64,000 nucleotides of DNA, from NCBI GenBank assembly GCA_046350655.1, contig JAXMAB010000005.1, positions 11,696 to 75,695 on the forward strand. Direction: 5' to 3'. The notes beneath the pieces were generated by a model that ran no database searches, had not been told where the DNA came from, and saw only the letters and a list, made by a program, of their open reading frames with translations. Positions 1 to 8,821 of this stretch are shown here, in pieces. Source of the DNA: Planctomycetota bacterium. GTDB lineage: Bacteria > Planctomycetota > PLA2 > JAEUHO01. The translations under genes were made by a program, and so were the position numbers. Position 1 is the first letter of the stretch; each line of letters begins with the position of its first letter.

Positions 1-1
1 G

Positions 2-107
2 GGGCCCGGAGACGGGTTCTGGACCCGATGAGGAGCCCTTTCGCCGAGCATGCCTCCCCGCAGCCCGGCGCCGCGCGGGCGCAGCAGGAGCGCTTTTCAG
101 ACGGAGC
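2..107. repeat. Copy 1 of a ~106-bp direct repeat (second copy at 181..287); the window starts inside or at the repeat
   Basis: Direct reading: 45 identical bases (gggcccggagacgggttctggacccgatgaggagccctttcgccg), then gcctccccgcagcccggcg and cgcgcgggcgcagcaggagcgc blocks shared with 181..287; about 93% identity, period about 180 bp. Confidence 0.8.
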
Positions 108-180
108 CAAGGCTCCGTCTGAAATCTGCTCCGTCGCGAGCCCGCGTGGGCCGAGGCGAGGGCAGGCGACGGAGGCGAAG

Positions 181-287
181 GGGCCCGGAGACGGGTTCTG
201 GACCCGATGAGGAGCCCTTTCGCCGCGTGTGCCTCCCCGCAGCCCGGCGTCGCGCGGGCGCAGCAGGAGCGCCTTTCAGACAGAACT
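181..287. repeat. Copy 2 of the ~106-bp direct repeat
   Basis: Same as above; the flanking sequence after copy 2 differs from that after copy 1, so this is a 2-copy dispersed-tandem repeat, not a longer array. Confidence 0.8.
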
Positions 288-1405
288 TAGGTCACCGACG
301 GCGCGCACGCGTCGGTCCAGACGCCGGCGGGTGCTCAGGGGCTTCCCCGTTCCGTGTCGCGCGCGGCGCCGGACGGGCGGACGGCCGGCGTCCGGGGGCC
401 CTCACTCCGGGACCCTCCCGCGGTGCCTCGGGGCGGGGCGCCGAAGGAGGCGGCGCGCCCTCCGGGTCGGATCCACCAGGAGAGTCGGCGAGAGGCATCT
501 CGGCGCCGGCTTCGAACGTCGCCTGTAACTCGGGGCTCGGAGCGATCGGCGGCGGCGCGCCGGCCGGCACTCCGGCACGCCGATCCTCCAGCAGCTTTGC
601 CCGAGGCGCGGCGCTTCGCGGGGAGGCGACCTGCTTCGGCTCTTGCGGTTTCGCGGACTTCGTCATGGGGACGCTCCGAACGGGGGACGAGGGCGTGGGA
701 CCGTCGAGCTGGCGTGTTGCGCACATGGACCGCTCACGCGGGCCTCAACGGCGAGGGGGTCGGCCGGACGGCCGCCCGCCCGGACGGCGCGGTGACGGGC
801 CCCGACGCGCCGCGTCCGGGTTCGACGCCACCGCTCGCGGATTCCCGCGAGACGGCGCCGTCCGTGAGGCGCCGTGTCACTTCGGGGGGACGAAGTGCGC
901 GACGCGCTCCGCCGCGATGCCGTGCAACTGGGTCTGGACGCGATGCTGGGCCCGATCGAACGCCGCGAGCATCGCGGCCTCCCACGTGCTCAACGGCGCG
1001 CGGTCGCCGGGGCGTGAACGACGGGAACGCGACGAGGCAGCGGCCGTCGGCTCGAGGCTCGACCTCGAGGCCCCGAAGGCGGCGGCCGTCGACAACCGAA
1101 TGGGGTACTGGACGCGCATGGTGCTTCGGCTCCGAGAGAGGTGCGCTTGCGTGTGGGTGGGCGGTCCCGAGGAACTGCCGGACGCGGTCGGCGGACGCGC
1201 CCCCCCACCGAACGCGTCCCGCCGAACTCGCGCCGCATCTCTGATGCCGACCGACGGGCCCTCGGGCGGCCGCGGCCCGGGAGTACCGGCGAGCGGTGCG
1301 CGGCGTTGGCGCCACGCTCCTGCGGTCACACCGGAACCGCGCGCCGCGCGCGCGGGCACGCGCCGATCGAGCCGGTGCGCCGGTCCGCGCGACTTCCTGG
1401 CGTTG

Positions 1406-1552
1406 CTAGCGTCCGAAGATGAGGTACAGCAGCACGATCGAACCCGGGACGCCGAGCAGCCAGAGCAGGACGGCCAGGCCCACCTTGCCCTCCTCCTTCT
1501 TGTTGGGCGGGCTGGGTGCGGGCAACTTCGACAGGGGCGAGTAGTCGTGCAT
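1406..1552 (-). CDS. Small (48 aa) membrane protein, DUF3309-like (MHDYSPLSKLPAPSPPNKKEEGKVGLAVLLWLLGVPGSIVLLYLIFGR)
   Basis: Internal Met of ORF 1406..1756; single clear TM helix, Lys-rich N-side, high GC3; the upstream part of the ORF is Arg-rich junk. Confidence 0.5.
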   Translation of the reverse strand: MHDYSPLSKLPAPSPPNKKEEGKVGLAVLLWLLGVPGSIVLLYLIFGR

Positions 1553-1776
1553 GGCGGGTCCTTTCCGGTCGGCGTGGAGGCGGGTCCCCCAGGGGGGCCG
1601 TCGGGGGTTGGATGCCGCCCGGCCGATCCCGGTCTCCTTTCGACGGGCGTCGTCCGTGACGTCGCCGGGGTTCGTACCCGTCGCCCTCCGCGTGTGGCCG
1701 GGGGGCGACACCGCGGCATCCAACCGACGCGCCTCCTCACGACATCCCGTCGTCACCGCGCCCGAGGGTCCTCATC

Positions 1777-2259
1777 ATGGCGATCGCCAAGTCGAAGAAG
1801 CGGGGACGTTCGGCCATCGACGTCCTCGAAGCCGATCACGTCCGGCTCCGCACCCTGCTCGGGCAGCTCGAGAAGGCGACGACGCCGGACCGCCGCGCCG
1901 ACCTCCTGGCCCGCACGAAGGCGGCGATCGTGTTGCACGCCGACGCGGAGGAGTCCGTCTTCTACCCCGCGTTCCGCGACGCCGCGCGGACGAAGGAGGA
2001 CAAGAAGCTGTTCTTCGAGGCGCACGAGGAGCACCACCTCGTCGACGTCGTGATCCCCGAGCTCGAGCAGGCGCCGCTCGCGGGCGACGTGTTCGCCGCC
2101 AAGGCGAAGGTGCTGATGGACCTCGTCGAGCACCACGCCGGCGAGGAAGAGGGGCAGATGTTCCCTCGCGCCCGCAAGCTGCTCGACGCGGAGGCGCTCG
2201 CGGAGCTCGGCGGTCGGCTGACCGCCGCCCTGCGGCCGGCGGCCCTTCAGCGGGCGTAG
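1777..2259 (+). CDS. Hemerythrin HHE cation-binding domain protein (160 aa)
   Basis: H..HxxxE / HHxxEE spacing (EADHVRLRTLL, EESVFYP, FEAHEEHH, VEHHAGEEE) typical of the hemerythrin-like family. Confidence 0.85.
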   Translation: MAIAKSKKRGRSAIDVLEADHVRLRTLLGQLEKATTPDRRADLLARTKAAIVLHADAEESVFYPAFRDAARTKEDKKLFFEAHEEHHLVDVVIPELEQAPLAGDVFAAKAKVLMDLVEHHAGEEEGQMFPRARKLLDAEALAELGGRLTAALRPAALQRA

Positions 2260-2310
2260 CGCGCCGCCCGGGCCTCGGCTCGACGCGCGGACCCGGAGGA
2301 CGCCGCGAGC

Positions 2311-2326
2311 CGCCGCTCGAGCGGCG
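2311..2326. terminator. Perfect 16-bp GC palindrome (cgccgctcgagcggcg) between convergent genes; candidate intrinsic terminator without U-tract
   Basis: Seen directly; lies 3' of the hemerythrin gene and 3' of the DUF1254 gene. Confidence 0.3.
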
Positions 2327-2498
2327 ACACGTACCCCTCGTTCGATCACGGTTCGCGCGGAACCGGCGAGCGGGATCCCGAGCCCCTTCCGCTGACGCGA
2401 GGCCCGGTCGCCGGCCGTCGACGCATGCAGGCGCCTACGGCGCCGTCGCGCGGGCCCGTCCCGCTGTGGAGTGCGCGGCCGGCCGCGGGCGGATCAGG

Positions 2499-3824
2499 TC
2501 ACTTCAGGCGCCGGATCGCCGGCGGGAACCACTCCCCACGCTTCACCGCGTCCTTGGGCACGTAGCAGCGGAAGGTCAACGAGAACCCCTTGCCGTCGGG
2601 CGCCGGCAGCCAGTTCGACTCCGGCACCGTCGCGTTCGGCTGCTTCGACAGCAGGATCCGGAGCGACCCGTCGGCCTCGGACGTCAGGCCGGAGTGGTTG
2701 TTCAGGTTGAACCGGTTCAGCCGGTTCGGGACGACGCGATACTCGGGCACGTCCACCAGGATGAGCGACCAGTAGGCGTTCACGACCGCGTCCGGCCGCG
2801 CGGCACCGGGGAACTCGAGGACGTACTCGTTCGCACCGTTGAGCGACTGGCCGTCCGCGTCCACCGTGGCCACGAAGTAGATCACCTCGTCGTTCGCGTT
2901 CGCCCAGATGCCGATGAGGTTGGCGGACGTGCGCTTCCAGTAGTCGGCCCCGTAGTTGCCGGTCCCCAGCGTCCCGAGCCAGTTGTTCCGGTACGCGCCG
3001 GACTTGGTCACCGCGTAGTGGAGGAACTCGGGGATCACCTCGCCACGGAGCAGTCCGTCGAGCGCCTTGCGGCCGTCCGGGCTCCGTGCGAGCCGGGCGA
3101 CCTCGCGGACCTTGGCCTGCATCTGCGCCGCCACCGGTGACACGTCGTGGGCGCTGGCGACGAGCTCCTCCGCCTTGTCGAAGAGCTCCACCCCCACCAG
3201 GTCCTTGCTCCCGATCGCGGGGACCTGGACCGGCGGCTGGATCTCCGGGCTCCCGAGGGCGGTGAGCTTGAACTGCCGCTGCAGGACGACCGCGCCGTCC
3301 CGGTCGTCCTTCAGCTCCACGCGCCCGAGCAGCTTCGCCTTGCGCGAGTTCAGCTCGATCCGGACCGCGTCCTGCGGGATCTCGGCCCTGGACCCCGGCG
3401 CCACGAAGGCGAACTTGCCGAACGGGTGGGCGGGGTAGTTGCGCTCGTTGATGTTGGTGATGACCTCGCCCCACTCGTCGAGGATCTGAGCGGTGTAGTA
3501 GCGCCCCTTCACCTCCGGCACGTCGAGCACGACGGGGGTCTTCTCGTCCACCGCGATCCACGCCTCGAGGTACGCGACGTCGAGATTCGGGTTCGCGAAG
3601 TCGGCCGAGCCGAGCGGGTTGTACTTGATGCGGTTGTACGCGATGCCCGGCTCGGCCAGGTCCGTCCGCTCCTGGCGGACCACGACGGCGCGGCCGAGGA
3701 GATAGACGTAGGCGTCGGCGACCGACGCCTTCTCCGACCCCACCGGCTCGCCGGCGAGGGCGCCCCGCGTGAGGGAGGCGAGGAGCAGCGCGGCGAGCGC
3801 CACGCGATCGAGCTTGAGTCCCAT
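2499..3824 (-). CDS. Secreted DUF1254/DUF1214 domain protein (441 aa), paralog 1
   Basis: Starts MGLKLDRVALAALLLASLTRGALA (signal peptide). Conserved family-like blocks (YLLGRAVVVRQ, YYTAQILDEWGEV, YWSLILVDVPEYRVVPNRLNRFNLNN, TFRCYVPK). The rest of ORF 2499..5474 upstream is Arg-rich junk. Confidence 0.85.
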   Translation of the reverse strand: MGLKLDRVALAALLLASLTRGALAGEPVGSEKASVADAYVYLLGRAVVVRQERTDLAEPGIAYNRIKYNPLGSADFANPNLDVAYLEAWIAVDEKTPVVLDVPEVKGRYYTAQILDEWGEVITNINERNYPAHPFGKFAFVAPGSRAEIPQDAVRIELNSRKAKLLGRVELKDDRDGAVVLQRQFKLTALGSPEIQPPVQVPAIGSKDLVGVELFDKAEELVASAHDVSPVAAQMQAKVREVARLARSPDGRKALDGLLRGEVIPEFLHYAVTKSGAYRNNWLGTLGTGNYGADYWKRTSANLIGIWANANDEVIYFVATVDADGQSLNGANEYVLEFPGAARPDAVVNAYWSLILVDVPEYRVVPNRLNRFNLNNHSGLTSEADGSLRILLSKQPNATVPESNWLPAPDGKGFSLTFRCYVPKDAVKRGEWFPPAIRRLK

Positions 3825-3871
3825 GATCGTGTCCCTTCGGGCGGAGAGAGGGTCGGGTTCCTTCGGTGCGC

Positions 3872-5389
3872 TCAGGGCTGCTTCTGGAAGTCCCCGGGCT
3901 TCCAGGTCCGGTCGAACCACGGCTGCAGCGGGCCATAGAGCCGCAGGAACACGAAGTAGCTCTTGCCGGGCATCGTCTGCACCCAGTTGTCTTCCGCGCC
4001 CTTCGGCGCCACCGGACCGAAGTGGACGGTGTACGACCGGTCCGCGTTGGCCTTCAGGCTCTTCTTGTTGCTGTCGATGCCCGCGCTCCGCTGGTCCGTC
4101 TCGAGCAGGCTCCGCGTCTGGCCGTCGTAGACGGTGAAGGCCCAGAAGTTGTTCACCGGGACCGGCGCCGGCAGCGTCACCGAGTAGGCCTTGCCCCCGT
4201 CGAGGTAGTCGCCGTCGGCGTCGCGATTGGTCATCGGGTAGACGGACCCGGTGCCGGGCTTCGGCGTCGACATGGCCGGCGTGACGCCCGTGGCGCTGTA
4301 GTGCCAGAGCACCCGCTTGTCGGAGTCCAGCGCGCCGTCGTCGAGGAAGTCGTACGTGCCGGCGAAGGACGCGAACCAGCGACGATCGGGGTAGTAGTAG
4401 ACGCTCCGGTCGCGGTTCGCGAACGAGATGGAACGGGCCGCGGCGTTGCCGATCGCCACGCCCTCCCGGAGGAGCCGCGCCATCCGCTCGTCGGGCGCGA
4501 ACGGCTTGCCCTTCTTGATGCCGATCGAGGCGAACAGCCCCAACGTCACGGGGTCCGCGGCGTCGGTCGGCTCGTACTGGATGACCGCGTCGATCTCCTC
4601 GAAGAACTTGGCGTCGTTCGCGTGGACGGTGTTGAACTGCACCCCGGAGACGTTGAAGAACTTCTGGGCCGGCGGGTTCGCGGCCTGCGCCAGCCGATAG
4701 TGGCGGAACGACTGCTTCACGGAGCCGACGGCGGCGGCGGTGTCCCCGTCCTTCGGGAACACGCGGAAGAACGCCATGTTGCGGTAGGTCCGCGTCCGGA
4801 CCTCGAAGGCGCCCGCCGGGATCGGCCCCTGGTACCCCTGGTGCGCGACCACGAACGTCCCGCCCTTGCCCTTGTCCGGGCCGACGGGGCCGAAGTCGGC
4901 GACATACCGGAAGAACGCGTCCTGGACCGGGCCGAGCACGCCCGGCGGCACCTCGAGGACGATGGGCCCGTCCTTCACGTCGAAGTCGAGCATGGCGTAC
5001 ACGGTCGTCGTGTTCGGCGTCAGGAAGAGGGATCGGGCGTCCAGCAGGCTCTCGGCGATGCCGAGATCCCCCGGCGCCATCCCGGCCTGCCGGAACCCCT
5101 GCATCACCGCGTACGCCGACGCGATCGGCACGCCGGCGAGGAAGGACTCGGCGGCGCGCGCCACGTCGAGGTAGTCGTAGGTCTTGGTGACGGTGTCGGC
5201 GCTCGGCATCCCGTCGAAGAAGCGGAGGGTCCCGAGCGTCCTCGTCTCGACGAGGTCCGGCGTGCGGATCGACTCCGGCACCGCCGCCTTGAACTTCGGC
5301 CCCGCGTCGCCCGCGGGGGGCTCGGCCCGTGCGAACGAGAACGCGACCCCCACGACGAGGGCGAAGGCGATCGGGTATGTGCACTTCAT
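3872..5389 (-). CDS. Secreted DUF1254/DUF1214 domain protein (505 aa), paralog 2
   Basis: Starts MKCTYPIAFALVVGVAFSFARA (signal peptide); ends FVFLRLYGPLQPWFDRTWKPGDF like paralog 1 (SLTFRCY/ LRLYGP); tandem with paralog 1. Confidence 0.85.
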   Translation of the reverse strand: MKCTYPIAFALVVGVAFSFARAEPPAGDAGPKFKAAVPESIRTPDLVETRTLGTLRFFDGMPSADTVTKTYDYLDVARAAESFLAGVPIASAYAVMQGFRQAGMAPGDLGIAESLLDARSLFLTPNTTTVYAMLDFDVKDGPIVLEVPPGVLGPVQDAFFRYVADFGPVGPDKGKGGTFVVAHQGYQGPIPAGAFEVRTRTYRNMAFFRVFPKDGDTAAAVGSVKQSFRHYRLAQAANPPAQKFFNVSGVQFNTVHANDAKFFEEIDAVIQYEPTDAADPVTLGLFASIGIKKGKPFAPDERMARLLREGVAIGNAAARSISFANRDRSVYYYPDRRWFASFAGTYDFLDDGALDSDKRVLWHYSATGVTPAMSTPKPGTGSVYPMTNRDADGDYLDGGKAYSVTLPAPVPVNNFWAFTVYDGQTRSLLETDQRSAGIDSNKKSLKANADRSYTVHFGPVAPKGAEDNWVQTMPGKSYFVFLRLYGPLQPWFDRTWKPGDFQKQP

Positions 5390-5997
5390 CGGGACTCCTC
5401 CTGGCTCCTGCGGGACGGTCGACCGCGTCGTGTGAGGCTCGGGGTCGGTCCTCTCGGGCGGGCTTCGTCGGCAAGTCGCCGAGGGCCCGGGGCGGAAGCG
5501 CGCGATTCTACGCGCCCCGCCACGCCGCGAGGTGTTCCGGGCACTCCTCGGCGCGACGCGGGGGCTCCCGTGGGCCACGTCCTGTCGCGGCCTCCCCGTC
5601 GAGTCGGGCCTCACGGCCCATCGCACCCCGGTCGCGCTCGGAAGGTGCATCCACGGGTGTCCCGTGAGAGGGCGAATCGAACGGGACCGACGTCGCCCGG
5701 TCGGCGCATGGGCACGCCCCAGGTCGAGGCGACGCACGACCCCGCGACGCGCGTGTCCGATTCGCCGTCCGTGGATCCCCGCGGCCGCGGACGGCCGGGC
5801 CCAGCGGTCCCGGGGAACGACCGCGTCACGGCGCGGGGGGTGCCGCCGGACGGCGCTCGCCTCCGCAACGGGCGGCCTGCCACGGCGGGCGGAGGCGTGC
5901 GGCAAGGACTCCACGGGACGGCGCCGTGGCATCGGACCGCGTACACGAACGAGCCCGGGCGCACGACGGTGTCGTGCGCCCGGGCGCGCAGCGACGG

Positions 5998-7479
5998 CTA
6001 GTGCTGGCCCTCGGCGCCGAAGCCCTCGTCGATGATCGAGGGGCCCCCACCGCCGATGAGCGCGCGGGGCTGCCCCGGCTCGGAGCCGATGACCGGCGGG
6101 CCGTGCTTGAGGCCCGCCTCGGCGACGTACGCGAGGAAGAGCGGCTTCGCGCACTCGCGGCCGAGCGCGTTCACGCGCTCCTGCATCGCAGCGACGCGGG
6201 CCGGCTGGGCCGTCGCGAGGTTGTTCTTCTCGTACGGGTCGTCGGCGAGGTTGTAGAGGTCGACGCTGGTCGGCACGAGCGTGCGCCAGATCAGCTTCCA
6301 CTCGCCCTGCCGGATCGCGGCGCGGAACGGCTCGATGTTGTAGACGAGCTCGGTGCGCGGCGAGGCCTTGTTCGAGGCCATCGTCTCCCACACGTCGAGG
6401 CCGTCGAGCGGCTTGCACTTCGCGGTGGACGCGCCGGCGAGCGCGGCGAACGTGGGGAACAGGTCGACGGCGTGCATCATGCCGGTGACCTCGCCCGCCT
6501 GGATGTGCCCGGGCCAGTTGGCGCAGGCGACGACGCGGCAGCCGCCCTCGAAGAGCTGGCCCTTGCCGCCGCGGTACGGACCGTTGTCGCAGGGGATCTT
6601 GATCTTCGAGACGTCCGCCATCTGGCCGGCGAACATCGCGTCGCGCGTGCCGCCGTTGTCGCTGTGGAAGACGATCAGCGTGTTGTCGCGCAGGCCCTTC
6701 TTCTCGAGGGCGGCGACGACCTTGCCGATGTTCTCGTCGAGGCAGTCCACCATCGCGGCGTACGTGCGGCGCGTGGGGTCCTCGATCGACGCGTACTTCG
6801 CGATCGTCTCCGGCGGCGCGAGATACGGCGTGTGCGGCGCGTTGAACGCGAGGTAGAGGTAGAAGGGCTTGCGCGGGTCCTGCGCCCCGATGTACTCGGC
6901 GGCGGCGGCGCCGAGGAGGTTCGTCGTGTAGCCCTCCTCGTAGACCGGCTTGTTGTCGCGGAACCAGTCGAGGACGCCGGCGTCGCCGTGCGTGTAGTAG
7001 TCGAGCTCGCCGATCGTGGCGCCGTAGGCGTAGTCGAAGCCGCGCTGCTTGGGCCAGTACTTCAGGTCGGAGTGCCCGAGGTGCCACTTGCCGATGATCG
7101 CGGTGGCGTACCCCGCCTCCTTGAGGCACTGCGGCGCGAGGAACTCGCTCGTGTCGAGGCCGTACGGCGCGGTCCCCGGGATGACGGCGGTCTGCAGGCC
7201 GTAGCGCCACGGATAGCGGCCCGTCATCAGGCACGCGCGCGTCTGCGTGCACATGCACTGGGTGTAGAACTGCGTGAACTTCGCGCCGCCGGACGCCAGC
7301 CTGTCGATGTTCGGCGTCTTGATGTCGGTGCAGCCGTTGAAGCCGACGTCCTTCCAGCCGAGGTCGTCGACCACGATGTGGAGGATGTTCGGCGGCTTGT
7401 CGGCGGCGTGCGCGCGGGGCGCGGGGAGCGCGGCGGCCAGCACGAGGGCGCACGCGACGAAGAGGGCAGGGGTTCGCAC
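5998..7479 (-). CDS. Arylsulfatase-family (alkaline-phosphatase superfamily) enzyme, 493 aa, signal peptide
   Basis: NILHIVVDDLGWKDVGFNG ... QCMCTQTRACLMTGRYP ... GKWHLGH ... FHSDNGG motif series of type I sulfatases; the nucleophile motif reads C-T-Q-T-R rather than the canonical C-x-P-x-R. Confidence 0.85.
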   Translation of the reverse strand: MRTPALFVACALVLAAALPAPRAHAADKPPNILHIVVDDLGWKDVGFNGCTDIKTPNIDRLASGGAKFTQFYTQCMCTQTRACLMTGRYPWRYGLQTAVIPGTAPYGLDTSEFLAPQCLKEAGYATAIIGKWHLGHSDLKYWPKQRGFDYAYGATIGELDYYTHGDAGVLDWFRDNKPVYEEGYTTNLLGAAAAEYIGAQDPRKPFYLYLAFNAPHTPYLAPPETIAKYASIEDPTRRTYAAMVDCLDENIGKVVAALEKKGLRDNTLIVFHSDNGGTRDAMFAGQMADVSKIKIPCDNGPYRGGKGQLFEGGCRVVACANWPGHIQAGEVTGMMHAVDLFPTFAALAGASTAKCKPLDGLDVWETMASNKASPRTELVYNIEPFRAAIRQGEWKLIWRTLVPTSVDLYNLADDPYEKNNLATAQPARVAAMQERVNALGRECAKPLFLAYVAEAGLKHGPPVIGSEPGQPRALIGGGGPSIIDEGFGAEGQH

Positions 7480-7690
7480 GGGATTCGTTCCTCGATCGGG
7501 GACGGCGGCGGAGTCTACCCGCGCCGGTGGGCGGCGTGAAATCGACGCGATCGGCGGAAAACGGATCGTCCATCCGCCGGCGGGACCGGGACCACGCCAC
7601 GTCCGGCGACCGGGCCGAACGTCCCCCGCCCGCGGACGGCGCTACGATCGTCCGGCTCGACGCCGCCCATCGGCCGAAGGAGGAACGCCC

Positions 7691-8080
7691 ATGCACGCCG
7701 ACACGCGCGCCTACAACGCCGCCCTCGCGCCCGCCGAGCGCGCGATCGCGAAGGCGCTCGCCGCGCGGATCGACGCGGCGCTCCCCGACGCCGAGAACAA
7801 GGTGTGGCACGCCCACCCGGTCTGGTTCCTCGACGGCAACCCGATCGTCGGGTACGGCAAGCTCAAGGGCTGCGTGCGCCTGCTGTTCTGGAGCGGGCAG
7901 TCGTTCCGGGCGAAGGGGCTGAAGCAGGAAGGCTCGTTCAAGGCCGCGGAGAAGCGCTACACCTCCGTCGACGAGATCGACGATGCGGAACTTGCCGCGT
8001 GGCTCGCCGACGCGCGGGTGATCCAGTGGGACTACGAGCACATCGTCCGTCGGAAGGGGAAGCTGGTGCGCCGCGCGTGA
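7691..8080 (+). CDS. DUF1801 domain protein (129 aa)
   Basis: Internal ATG of ORF 7274..8080 preceded by aggagga RBS; sequence WHAHPVWFLDGNPIVGYGKLKGCVRLLFWSGQSF typical of the YdhG/DUF1801 family. Confidence 0.75.
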   Translation: MHADTRAYNAALAPAERAIAKALAARIDAALPDAENKVWHAHPVWFLDGNPIVGYGKLKGCVRLLFWSGQSFRAKGLKQEGSFKAAEKRYTSVDEIDDAELAAWLADARVIQWDYEHIVRRKGKLVRRA

Positions 8081-8108
8081 GCCGCGGCGCGAGGACGGCG
8101 CCGCCGAC

Positions 8109-8315
8109 TCAGCGTCCTCGCGCGCCCGTCGCCGCGGCACCCGCCGCGGCCATCGGCGATGCGGCATGCACCGTCGAGCCGACGTTCATGTAGCGATGGT
8201 TCCCCTCGCAGCCGCGGAAGAGGAACGCGATCACGATCCCGCCGATCACGAAGTAGAGGATCAGCGCGACCACGCCGCCGAGGAACCCCTTCACCCGGTC
8301 GAGTCCGCGGCCCAT
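8109..8315 (-). CDS. Small membrane protein (68 aa), translationally coupled to the upstream gene (ATGA overlap)
   Basis: MGRGLDRVKGFLGGVVALILYFVIGGIVIAFLFRGCEG...; one TM helix; start overlaps the stop of 8315..8659. Confidence 0.45.
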   Translation of the reverse strand: MGRGLDRVKGFLGGVVALILYFVIGGIVIAFLFRGCEGNHRYMNVGSTVHAASPMAAAGAAATGARGR

Positions 8316-8659
8316 CAGTCGCCCCCCTTCGGACGCCCGCGCCCGCGCCACCGCGCGACGAGGCTGTCGAACCCGTAGGCGACCGCCGCGAACGCCGCGA
8401 TCGTGAAGACGGGCCCCATCGCCCACCCCAGCAGCGCCCACGCCACCTCGAGCTTCGACGCGCGGCCCGGCCCGGGCCCGAAGTGGGAGACCCGCTCCCA
8501 CAGCCGACCGAAGTTCGCGACGACGAACCACACCCAGAGCCCGAACGCCCCCACGGCCGCGGCCGCGCCGAGGACGCGGACGGCGGTCCCGACCATCGTC
8601 TTCGGGACGTCCGGCGTCGAGGGCGACGGCGCGGCACCTGCGGTGGGGTCGTTGCTCAT
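8315..8659 (-). CDS. Small membrane protein (114 aa), two predicted TM helices
   Basis: MSNDPTAG...VGTAVRVLGAAAAVGAFGLWVWFVVANFG...AWALLGWAMGPVFTIAAFAAVAYGF; GGAG RBS 6 nt upstream of the ATG. Confidence 0.5.
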   Translation of the reverse strand: MSNDPTAGAAPSPSTPDVPKTMVGTAVRVLGAAAAVGAFGLWVWFVVANFGRLWERVSHFGPGPGRASKLEVAWALLGWAMGPVFTIAAFAAVAYGFDSLVARWRGRGRPKGGD

Positions 8660-8821
8660 GGGAGCTCCGGCGGTTCCGTGCCGATCGGACGAGCGCGGCG
8701 TCGATCGCGCCGCCCTCGGCATCGCGTCAGGGTACTCGCGACGGCTCGCGGACGTTCCCCCTCCCCGACGGACGCGCCCGGCGCGGGCCGGGCCTCCCGG
8801 GTCGGCGACGTCGTCCGGCCC

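Noticed and set aside
292-726. 144-aa Pro/Ala-rich ORF on the minus strand with an internal MTKSAKPQEPK start
   Set aside because: Disordered low-complexity composition, GC3 lower than in confident genes, no RBS, and it overlaps repeat copy 2. Cannot be distinguished from noise.
50-2053. 667-aa ORF rich in Arg/Ala/Gly/Pro; similar long ORFs at 8159..10630, 9703..11088, 15082..17724, 17349..20495, 28198..29940, 29949..34844, 30037..34524, 39109..43194, 44087..47893, 44605..48345, 48104..50275, 48430..50247, 50866..52911, 51663..53366, 53343..54902, 54938..56986, 55996..57537, 58111..59355, 59468..61153, 59527..63450 (N-terminal part), 61322..63790
   Set aside because: Homopolymeric, low-complexity, Arg-dominated translations with no domain-like blocks. 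They overlap well-supported genes on the opposite strand or in another frame. These are expected stop-codon-poor ghost ORFs of >70% GC DNA.
5390-5997. 608-bp gene-free region between the sulfatase and DUF1254 paralog 2, scanned for an ncRNA or small gene
   Set aside because: No ORF with coding-like composition and no recognisable RNA-family motif. Probably promoter or leader sequence.
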